This document shows positions 40,301 to 52,300 of a stretch of DNA of 64,000 nucleotides, in pieces. The notes beneath the pieces are model-generated. The model saw only the letters and a program-made list of their open reading frames with translations. It had not been told where the DNA came from and made no database searches. Positions within the stretch are counted from its first letter, which is position 1. The number at the start of each line of letters is the position of its first letter. The position numbers and the translations under genes were made by a program. The DNA comes from Phoronis australis (Eukaryota; Animalia; Phoronida): assembly GCA_002633005.1 (NCBI GenBank), contig NMRA01000121.1, positions 261,000 through 324,999 of the forward strand. Direction: 5' to 3'.

Positions 40301-43300
40301 AGATGCCTAGCAACAATTGCCTATAAACAGATGGATGAGACAGACTTACATCATGATAATAACTCGACCATACCGACAAATTCAGTCCAGTTGATCTTGA
40401 AACATTTTATGTGTAGCGCTGTCGTATCCTGTTTGAGAAGAGTTCAAAACATTGTGTTCCACTTACAGGGAAATATCTTAAATTAACTCAACACTGACAA
40501 GACAAAGTCAATGTTACTTTCGGGAGATAATATTAAATGATGTAATTTTTCAGTATTTTGTACAAAAATAATCGCCAATTGGATAAAATTGTTACACCTT
40601 TCATTTTCAAAAGCCCAAATATCAAGACGTCACAAACTTTTCCACTGTCGCTGTATAACTGCAGTACAGTACAAGACTTAGTCAAATTCTGTTTTCAAAA
40701 CAGTGAGCATAAGACACCAGCTCGTTTCGCCTACTATAATACCACGACCAAAACAAAAGAATTAATAGGCTCTCCTTCATGTACCTGTTTGTCGAGACAC
40801 TTGTCTGACAAAAGAAAAGTAAACTTTCCGACATATTATATGCTAAATAGTTGAAGAATTACAAATAAAAGACACTACACATAACAAAATCATTACGTGA
40901 ACATCCATTACTGAGCAGTCACTTACTTGACAGCTTCATCAGGGAGCCTGTTGCCGGCCAAGTTTACGTGCTTCAGTGACAACGCTGAGGAGAAAAACTG
41001 CTTCCATGCCTGTGGTACGTCACTGTTCTTCTTGAGAGTGAATGTATTGTTGGAAAGGTCAAGGTCGCGTAGGTGGGATGTACAACCACGCGAGATGGGC
41101 GCAATGATAGTGTCGAGAGCGAGGCCTGACGACGATAACTTCAGATGAGTCAGGGCGTTTGGCTGCGCCAGGAAGTTGTACAGCGTCTGAAATGAAGGCA
41201 GGAGTGGATACCTAGCACACTTGTCAATCGACAAGATTAATAGTATAATACCGTGAGACCGCATACATGTAACTTTCTGACTTTTAAACAATAGGTTTCA
41301 GTTGTAATGCTGCAGTTGATGGCGCTGTCAGTCACTTATGACAGGACATGTGCATGATGGCGTACGGCTCAACAACAGTGAAAAGAGTGGTTGATGATGC
41401 TGTTAATCGCCTATGACAGGTCATGTGGGATTAGAGGAGGCAGTGTGGCCTGGTTGATAAGTGCCCGCTTTCTGAACTCGAGGTCGTGGGTTCAAGTCCC
41501 ACCAAGTCACACTGCTAAACCCTTGAGCCAGGTTTCTAGCTCCTCAGCACGGTTTTAACCATATATTAATAAAGCATAAAAATATTTCCAGGTGATCAGT
41601 GCAATGGGCCCACATGCGAGGCCTGCGCACGTCTGGTACAACGTGTATCAGACCGCCTGCAATTATTTTATTATCATGTGGGATCTTTCTTAACGGTGAT
41701 CTCTTCAACAACTCTCTCAGTGAAGGGTGGTAAGAAATATTGAAAAGGTCTCCCAGACGAGATTCCTGCAGAATGGCGACAAAAATATTTCAATTAAATG
41801 TCAGCAAAACTTTGGAGCAATTTTTTTTTTGTAGAGGTGTGGACCCAAGTGTGCGAAGTGTCTGGTGGTGAAATGTGTCATGTGGATTGCTTTTCAATAC
41901 TAATGTTCCATATCAAGGCCCTGTCATATCAGCTCTGAGGGATCTCGAAGACACTAAAGAAAAGTGGAAATTTACTATTAAAGCGTATTGCAAACTGAGT
42001 AAGAACCACTCTCATGGGGTTACCACACACAAGGCAATATTTGCCAGATTGCTATTCTTACCAGTCCGAGCCCATTTCATTAAGAAGTTAAGATGGGATG
42101 AGACATTTTGAAAATGAGTCCGCGTGACAGGACCATCAACAACCAGCAACTTCAACTACATAGTTACATAAATTGACCTGTCCTAAGCTCAATTTCTTTT
42201 TTAAAGCTTCATAAATCTAAATATCATGCTCGAACAACTTCAAAATGAGCTTTCTCTAACTCTACAGGCAAAGTGTATACTAGACTTTTTCATCAAAAAG
42301 TAATTGAACTGTTTATTTTTCCGTGACAACAGCTTGAACAAGGCTTTGAGTTCAATAATCCAGTGCCCCTCCCTGTGCCGATCCAATCTCTCAATTTTGG
42401 AGAGAAGTTCAGTTGAACGCCAGCTTAGGGCAAATGAATAACAAAAAATGTACCCCAGTCTGCTACGAAACAAAATATAAGTCGAAATAATTGAAAAATA
42501 GTAAACCAACAATTTCCATGGACTATCACTAGACTAGTAGTGCTGAGATCCAGCAGGTGGCGAAGCAAAGGCAGCCAGACAAGTGAAACTCCAGAGTAAA
42601 AAATCAAATAGGCCTACATTATAGCCACCAAACTGAAAAGTTTGTATTTTGGAACAAATATATTTGTGTTTAACCTTTGAGTAATCAAGCAGCATTGATT
42701 ACCTAAGCTGCTCGTGTGTCCGTTCGCACAGTTTGATAGCTTAAACCTTTCAACATCACTTTTCGGCTTAGAAGATGCCCAAAAATTGACGGGATAGTTT
42801 TCACGAGCTGCATAACGGATGTCGGAATTACACACGTCATATCAACACCGTTTCACCATAGACTAAAGTAAGTTTTACACAACGTATTATTTGTCAGGTA
42901 AAATTGTGGCTTGGAACGCAGACGAAGGTGTCTCAACAATGCTGCGTACTTATTGGTCGTTAAACCGTCAGTCGTAATCCTGGCGATAGGTCAATTGCTG
43001 ATCCTTTCAGACCCGTCTAACACTCACAAATGAACTTACATCAAGAAAGTTACAGAATGCTAAGACTACATTTAAGTTACACTATCATTCATACCGTAGG
43101 CTCCTCCCCCTTGGCTAAGCTGTTGTCTGATAGGTCCAGGAACTGCAATGTGGTGGCCATGAATTTGTTCTGACTCATGGCATCACAAAGTTTGTTCACA
43201 CCCTTGCCCATCACGCCTGTCTTGGACAAGTTTAGATGTGACAAACCTTTGGACAGGTGACTTACTGGGCCAGATAGGTGGACAAGACCTGTGAAAAGAA

Positions 43301-46300
43301 ATGTTATGTACTTATAAATTAAAAAAAATGGATGACATTCATCAAAATTTCTCTTGAACTTGCTCATTCGTGGCAAAATTGTGAAATTCGAAGAAAATTG
43401 ATTTAAATAACTAAAAAAAATAGCCAATCTTTTATGGAAACTTTGGCATCAACATGAAGAAGTCCTGATGACAAAATCTGTGGTAACAGTAACTACACTT
43501 CACTTCCAAGTGTTCACATTACCAGGTTATCAGCTTATTTAAGACAATTCTGTAGTGAGTCTACCTTAGCTTAGCTTAGCTCATATTTGTCATATCTTAA
43601 CTTATAACCGATACTCATTATCACTGAAGAGTTTGAGCAAATAATAGTAACCGAATTTGCTCTCCAACTTAAATGCAGCGGCCATTTTGTACAAACAACA
43701 TTAGTTTGAAAGAAGCAACATAGGCATGGATCTTAAAGCATATCAATGTCTAAAAGTAATCTCTTTTAAAAATTTCATTTCTAAAAATTTTTCAAAGCTT
43801 TAAAGCCGATACTGACAGAAGCCAAATTATCCACAATTAATGTTGCAAGTATTTACAACTGGTAGGACATCTATTGGCCAGTTTGCTGACTAAGTCACTA
43901 CACTGCTACATGTACAGTCGTGGCAGGTGTTGCCACTCTAAAGATAAATTTACAAGAAAGTGGCTTGTGACGAGACTCTTGCAAGGTGTAGCAACCAGAT
44001 CAACAACATAATACACAACGTACCTCTGTCCTCTAGAGAGTTCTTGGACAAGTCTAATATAATCAGTGGTGACAGGGTATTAGAAAGCAATGCAGTGCTC
44101 AGTTTTTCAGCGAAGTCCCTAAAAGACACGATTGATGTTCTTACACTTAAAAAATATATCACATATTAGCTTTTTACCAAGTCATACCTTTAGCCAAAAT
44201 TTAAGTTTATTACCTCAGGCCATTATACACTAGCAGGTGCAAAAAAACAAACTGAAATAAACAAATATGGTAAGCACAACACGGTCAGTGTAGTAGATTA
44301 ACACTTTGTGAAATTTAAACTCAAGAACAATATTTTAAATTACAAAATTGTATGCACCTAGCAAAGGAACATAATAAACAATAACAAAACGAAAAGAATA
44401 AACAGCAGTGCTGTTAAAGGTCAACATTTGAATGACAGTAATTATGAATCGAGGACATCTTATGTGTTATTATCCAACCTCTGCTGCCCAGACCTACCCC
44501 ACTCACATCCTTACCTGCCTAGTCCTACTCCACTCACATCCTTACCTGCCCAGTCCTACTCTACTCATATCCTTACCTGCCTAGTCCTACTCCACTCAAA
44601 TGCAACTCTTCTATACTGGAACCTCTCATCATCACAGTCAGGATCTTGGAAGCCAAGTCGGAATTCTAGTGCACACCGAAAACAAATGTTTAAAAATTGA
44701 AAAAGTTTGATAGTTAGTAAGAATGGTGATGATAAAAATCTTTCAAGGTTCAAATGGAAGTCTAACAATGACCAAAACAATACACGTAAAATGTGACATG
44801 GCACAAACGAATGAATATACTATGGCTTATTTCTTGTTGGTTGCATTTCAGGTGTAAACTGCAAGGCATTACTTAACTGTGAATTGATGACGTTTACCTC
44901 AACAAGTAAGTTCAGAGCAGCTAAATGTCATACCCGAAGACAGAATATCACGATTATTGACATGAAATGTCAAAAATATGAATCCTTTGCGATCAAACAC
45001 ATGCAAAATATCACGCACGTTATGATTTATTCTCATATTCCAAGATATTGTCATTAAAAATCAGCAAAATCTATCCTCTGCTTATTAGCATAATGTATCT
45101 GGTGTTCTACCTAAAAACCAACGTAATTCATCTTCAATTCATTTGCCTTATCGAAACTCTTAGGGTAAAAAATTAGTCATTTTCTGTTTAGCTGATCTTT
45201 TCACAACCAAATATTCTCAGTTATTTGTTGAAATATGATAGACATGTCCCACGTTTTCAGATAAATTAGATAATTTTCAAACTAAGTTAGAAATAACAGA
45301 ATTTTTTGGTGAGAGTTATGGATTATGGTCTCCTTAGAACTAACAATTACCAGTTTTGTGCCATTAGCCCTGAAGCTGGTGAACCATTGGTTGAATTCCA
45401 GCGCAGCTATGATGGGCACTAGGTCTCTGAAATAATAAAAGGACAGTATCAATGATACACGTCACTACATTTTAGAAATTAGTTGTTGTCTTTATTCAAA
45501 CTTTCCTTTAATAGATACCTATTTGCCAAGTTTTATGAAAATCTGTTGAGGACATTTGAAGATGCAGACTGTGGTAACAACATAAAAAACTAAAACTGCC
45601 ACAAGTGGGCAAACCAGTAGTCAGATTCATCCGAAAGTTCGCTCATGCCATCCAATCCATGAAAGGAACAAACGCGCAAAATTTCATGAACATACGTCAA
45701 CGAGTTTTGGAGATAGAGCAGCCGACACTGGATGCCGGACGGATGGAAGGATGGGCATGACAGAACAATGCACACACATAAAAAGCAAAGGATGATACAT
45801 TGTAAAAGAGAAAAGTTCAGAAAAATAAGTTGACCCTATTTATTGGTAACTAAGCCAACTACTTACTTGTTGTCTAAATGGTCAAAGTCTCCAAGGCAGA
45901 GCTCTCTACTGTCATGAGACAGATAAATAGTGTCAATGTCCTGAAAGGCAAACATCAGTGACGACCTATTACAAACATATCCGTAGTAAGCTTTGCAATA
46001 AACAGTGTTATCACACAACACCTTTAGTCCAAGGTGCTTTGAGGTTCTCCTACTAAAAGAACATTGACCTGAAAATTACTAGCTCAAAAACTGTTATTGT
46101 CTTCTGAACCCAATAACAATAAAGAAATGCATGGTTATAAGTCACATTACTAAGTTTCACAGACATTTCCATGGCTAGCACAATGTTTGTGCAATGAATT
46201 GTGGGAATTGTTAGCCCAATTGCAACTGACTATCATCAGGAAGAGATAACCAGGAAGGGACAACTAGCTAAACCGCCGTTTTTGGCCTCCTTCCCCGGAC

Positions 46301-49300
46301 TACTTTTAGGACTTAAGTTTCGTTTAAAAGGAAACAGATGATTTCATCAGAGAGATTAAAGCTTTTTCTATAGAAGGATATCAAAAAAACTCACTTTGCA
46401 ACCTTAAACAGTGGTGTAATTGTACTTTGAAAATATCGACTTCAGCGCACGCAATCGCAATTTCCCACACGCAGTCACGGGTATTTAAGCTTTTCCGTCG
46501 ATGTATAGATGGCGCAGTAGTCAAGTACTCCCTCATTTGCATATCAAATTTGCATGTGGGAGTTCTGAGACTCTCGTCAGTTGTTGGTCGAGCGCTTGAG
46601 TGGATAAAGCGGTGACCTCCCACTGAGAGCACGCGCTGATGAAGATACCACTCGATCGCTTCGCAATCAGGAGGTGAAAACACTCTCATGACCGCAGTTC
46701 TGAATTCCAGCTAAGCAAGCCCTATTTCGAGGAGCGGACTTTGAATTGTTTTCGTCCCCTGACAGTGGATTGCAGAGATTAGAATGAGGTCAACATCAAA
46801 CTTTCTGCGGCTACATGTCGTGTTGACAAAAGTTTGAAGTGTCAGAACCATAGACGGAGCGTGCGGGATGTCTATGATTCCTGTTCTTCAGTTGACGAAA
46901 ACATTGCTATTGGCATAAAGAATGGCCTTGGGAAATTAATTTTGAGGTGGACACCTGTATCCAAGAATAAATATTAATACTCTGTAATATCTCATCCTCC
47001 GCGTTTTGTTTCTTTGACGCTGTTTGAGGTTGCGGTATCGTGAAACAACACTGTCGGGTGAGAGAAGTTGCACCGAATAATTGGAATTGGCTGCAGTTCT
47101 TCCTTTAGAATGCCCGGACTCAACTGTGTCGTTTTCTTGGCAAGTCTCTTGCCTGCCGAAATTTTTCTGAGCATTGAAGACATCGGCCTTCTCTTGCGCC
47201 AATCAACCTTTTATCTGCTCAGGCTACAAAAATGTTATGCCTAATTTTCTACCATTTTAGCACACTTTGTGGTTCTGCTACAGTTAGCACTGCCATAATC
47301 GTATTTCTTAATTCCGCCACAGTATGCATACTTGGAAGTTAGTTTTGCTAGGTGTTGTTCATCATTAAATGCCTCAAATTCCTTGACACCATGGACATTT
47401 CCGTCAACGCACCCTTGCCATTCTTAAAAATTCGTATATATGTGCTATAATTGCTTCAAAGGACCGGCAGTAACCGTGGCTGGAATGTCGGTAGCTTCGC
47501 GACTAAGTATACAACTAACTCCTGTTGAAATTCTCCATACTTCAAAATTCTTGTTTGCAGGTGCTGGTAATTGTCTTCAATGGTTTTCATAATAAGAGAC
47601 TAGAAATGCGAGTTGTCACTGCCTTACATTTTCACTGGCCACCTTGCTACATTCGACTTGCGCAATAGCCGAATTAGTGTCCACATTTGTGGTCACGTGC
47701 CGGATACAGGCCCATGAGACAAGTTGCAGCAACAAATTCAGTACGAATCTATAAACCCTTTTACACGCACAATTAAAGGTGAAAGCAACCTTTTTTCATG
47801 TCACTTTTAGTACAAATAAGGTTCGTTGATTATCCCAGACACATTTTTCACTTAATTGCAACTTTTCGTAATTTGATTAATTTCTCGTCATCTACTCCGG
47901 AAGTGACGTTTGGGGAGGCAAGAGTTTCGCGCCAATTTCTTTTCATTATAGTCTGACTGTGAGAGCTGTCGAGTGAGTCATTGTTCTACCTCGGTTGTGA
48001 TCAGTTCGGTCGTCGTTTGCTTTTGTTTACAAGTCAGTCAACATGCCACGTCTCACACGCGCTTTGGGTACCTTGCGTCGCTTTCCGAAGGATGACACAC
48101 TTCGCGTACTTGGCTAGCTCGTTCATGTGAAGAACGCAGAGTTACCCGTCCACGCAACGTACAAAGCAGTGGAGGGTTACCGAGTGTGTGGCAAGCATTG
48201 TCTGCCGTCAGATTATGACAGATATGCACGCTGAATTGATGAAGGTCCCTGCAAAACAACGCCTTAAGAAGGGTACCATACCGTCGCTGTCGATTCCCGG
48301 CAGTGCCCCGTCGCCAACCCCGAGAAGTGCGTTTTTGAAGCGAGAAGCCTTGGGAGCTGTGGCCACTATATACACTGACTGGAGGCACTTCATCTGCTGT
48401 CACCCGTGCCTCCGAACGTACCCCATTGCGTGCAATTTCGGAAACTAGCAGTGATTCGCCCTGTGCTGTTGTCTCTGAGCCCAGAGCCTGTAAGCAGTCC
48501 TGCAGCGATGTTGAGTAGTGGGAGTGAATACAGGCCCAGTTCGACACCCAGTGAAGAGGACAGTTCGTCATCCAATGAACAGATCGGTGAGCCTAAGTTT
48601 GATAAGTTTATTGTGGACTTGTATTGGAGCTATTTGGAAGGTGCCAGGTGTGTGGCGAGGGAGTCACACGGCGGGATGCAAGCAACTTGGGTGCTCAGAT
48701 CACTCTTCAGTGGGAGTGTGTCGCGGGACACTCGGGCAAGTGGGACAGTTCTTACTCTGTACGTGAGACAATAATGAGTACACCCCAGTACGCAGCAACA
48801 GCGTGGCATGTTGACTGACTCCTAAGCAAAAGCAAACGACGACCGAACTTATCACAACCGAGGTAGAACAATGACTGACTCGACTGCTCTCAGTCAGACT
48901 ATATGAAAAGAAATTGGCGCGAAATTCTTGCCTCCCAAAACGTCACTTCCGGAGTAGACAACGAGTAATCAATTAAATTACGAAAAGCAGTAAATAAGTG
49001 AAAAATATGTCTGGGATAATCAACGAACCTTATTTTTGCTAAAAATGACATGAAAAAAGGTTGCCTTCGCCTTTAAACGCGCAAAACTGATACTGTATTT
49101 CTTAAACCTTTAATTTAATGCTCAAGCTATACAACGAATGCGTGTTGAAACACAACATTGACCTTGGACCAACGATGGACTCCTTGCATCAGGACCTTAG
49201 TAAGCGGGGGGAGGGCGAGTGCCACCCCAAAAAAATTGCATGCCTCAGGGTCAAACCATGGCAACCGACAAAGGTGTGGGGCTGGGGAAAGACAAAAAAG

Positions 49301-52300
49301 AAAGACTTCGAATACTGATCAGAGCGAAAATTCAAGAGAACATTGACAACTCGGTATCAGTGTATGGCTTACCATTTGAGGGCCCTGGCCAGGACAATTG
49401 TTGTTAGGGTCTCCGTTTTTGCAGCATAGGTCGTCTAAGTGCCCTTGAAAATGTGCACTTAATCATTCATACATGTATTTCGAAAATTCGAGAAAATTTG
49501 TGAAGCAAAAGTTTTTCGGAGCGTATTAATTCAGTCCAAGTTTTCCAGTGGTCCATAGGCGGTGCACTACAGGGGGGCTGAGGGGGCTTTAGCCCTCACT
49601 TTTTTCAGTACTGCGCCTTCTGTACACCTCCGGCATGACACTACCAACTACTCATGAGGGGAAGTTGAGATTCCAAATTCATCAAAAACACAAAACATTC
49701 GTGCACAGCACAGAAGCTGTCTTGTAAGAAATGGCGATGCGTCACTGAACTTAGTTGAAGCCTGAAGGCAAAAATTCGATCCATCATCAGACCACCATAT
49801 CGCAAAGAAGGACCCTAAACGATAACAGGGGTATTTCTTGAATGTCGGGCAGCTCTAAATGCTTTATTGAATTAAAAACTAGACTAATGAAATTCAAAAA
49901 TTTACAAACCGTAGATCAAAAAAGAAGTTCAAGTCATTGCTCATAAATTTGGAAAGATTGTCTTTGCACTTCCTTGATGCTTGTAGTTCCCAGTATTGTG
50001 CAATGAATTTAGGTTCTTCTAGACCGAATCGTTTGCTTGCCATTCCCGTGCACACTGCAAAGGCTGGACACGTTGTGACTCAGTGACGCACCCACGTTAA
50101 AAATAAGGTGTAGTCATGCAGTAGAATCCGCGCACAGTGATTGACGGGGAAAGAACTTGAACTGCACTGAGGGGTTGAAGTGTGTGCATTTTTGGGACAC
50201 GCGTTCATTTTCCCAGCCGCCCTGCAGAAGCTGGACCAGTGGCCGTGTTTCAACAAGGAATTTTGATACAGCTCTATAGGCCAAGGATTTCGGGATCATA
50301 TCTTTCCAAAAAATCTTCAGGAAATGACCGTATTAAAATGAACTTTTCCCGAAACTGGGTCAAAAAACGACCTTGGAGCCAGAACACGGGTATAGGTTCG
50401 AGTTAAGCCGCACGTCTCAAATGAATCATAGCGGAGCTGACCAGCGACTAGCATTAGTTCGTCGAATTGCGCATGAATCATAGCAGAGCTGACCAGCGAC
50501 TAGCATTAGTTCGTCGAATTGCGCATGCATGGATCAGACTTCCCGGCGACGCCACGACACCGGCCACCGTGGCGGGAGCAGCTAATTTCTTGACTAACAC
50601 CTGCTTCTAAATCTGGATTTAAGCAAAATGACGAAGTCCACGCATACACACATGCAAACGTATCCAAATACAATTAAATGTATTTTCATGTGAAACCATT
50701 CAATGTTCTTTGAACATTGACTTGTATGAGTTCTTAATTTTCTTAGATCTGCCCAATCAGATAGAACTGCGTTTCAAGTCATTCACTATAGGCACTCGAG
50801 GGTTCAAATTGGAAGCTCGCGCCGTATGACGTCGTATGACGTAGACGATGCGAGCCTCATTTGCATATATTAGTGACATCTGTTGGTTCAAAAAAGAGGA
50901 TCATGCCCGAGTACATGCCTGGGAAGAGGCATCTTTTGGAAGGGTAAAACAAGTCATGTTCAAAGCATACCAGTGCCATTAATATGAAGTCTTTGGGGAC
51001 AAAAGTGGTGTCATTTTATAGCTAAAGAGTTAAGCTTTCAAACACAATGCTTGGATTCCAGACTACTTTAACATTTACTTTTGAAATCACCTTTGAAAAT
51101 ACGTTAAAATGCGCTTAAACAGTTGTCCCTTCCTGGTTATCTCTTCCTGCTATCATCTATCATGTGCCAGTGATGAGAAACAAATGAGTTGACCTTGATG
51201 TTCAGGCATTAATTTCAAATAGCTGTAAAAGGTCAATTTAACAGCAAATTCGAAGAGAGGAACAACTTGGCAAACTAGTACTTGCTATAGCACAGATGAG
51301 TGTGGGTTAATTCCCTGACAAAACATTGCAGGCAAAAATTTGACTGCAGTAAACAAGTCCAAGATGGACACGAGATTACACGTACCCATGCCACTTCCTC
51401 CTGATGGCGAAGATCATAGTAGTCACACATACAGGCATACATGTGTGAGTAGCCACCACATGGGCCAGCCTCTTTAGTCTCAAGGTCTTTGATCGTGTCC
51501 TGCATCACTTTTAGACGCTCCACGGGCACGACGTCAATCTGACGAATGATTTTCCTGAAATAGAGCGCAAAGCTTGAAGAGAACCGCCAAGTTGAATTCT
51601 TACAGCAGAATAGTGCAATACTCAATAGTTTACCAAACAAAATAAAGGAAACACCGACTCGCGTTCAGTGGATACCCAGATGCCCATTCGTATGCAAGAT
51701 TGTACGAGAACCTACTGAAACCTAGTTACTGCCATTCACGAGCAAGCAGTGCGCCTGTAAACAGCATATAGTTGGCACGTACCAAAGCTGAAAAGGTACA
51801 CTAGGCACATTTGTCAGTTTTGTTGAGCACATGGCCAATATTTCGGTTTTCATTTTAATTGATAATTTGCTGCAAAGCTGTATTGATGCATCGCTTGGCT
51901 AACCTTCATGCAAAATAGATGAAAATTATGGCAAAGTTACAAAAACTACTCACATCTTCAAAACTGTCCCCACTTTTCTATTGTTCACACCTCGAAATTA
52001 GCCAAGCACAGAAATGGCATGTTTTTAGCGCTGGTGGTGGATTATGCATTAAACTAAGAAACGCGTTACAACTTAGAACCCTACACAAAACAGGAGCACC
52101 GTTGTGGAGCCTTGAGAAGCTTAATTAAACTTTGCCACAAATTTGGTTGAAACTGAGGTGAGGAGTTGGGCATTTGGTGAAGATTGCGAAGTCTGATGTG
52201 GGGACTCACATTACCAAGGCCTAAAAAATTGCTATAGCTTACTCTAGTGGAACAAGAGGGAAAACAGCCTTGATAGCAGTGGTGATATGTAGAATGATGT

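Larger units (their letters stand above)
46237..51149. mobile_element. 4.9-kb P-superfamily-like DNA transposon (non-autonomous or decayed)
   Basis: Perfect 29-bp TIR CAGGAAGAGATAACCAGGAAGGGACAACT at 46237-46265 and 51121-51149; 7-bp TSD CTATCAT at 46230-46236 and 51150-51156. Confidence 0.85.

Noticed and set aside
41432-41510. Functional tRNA gene
   Set aside because: No complete cloverleaf; it continues into a LINE-like tail and is flanked by a TSD, so it is a SINE head.
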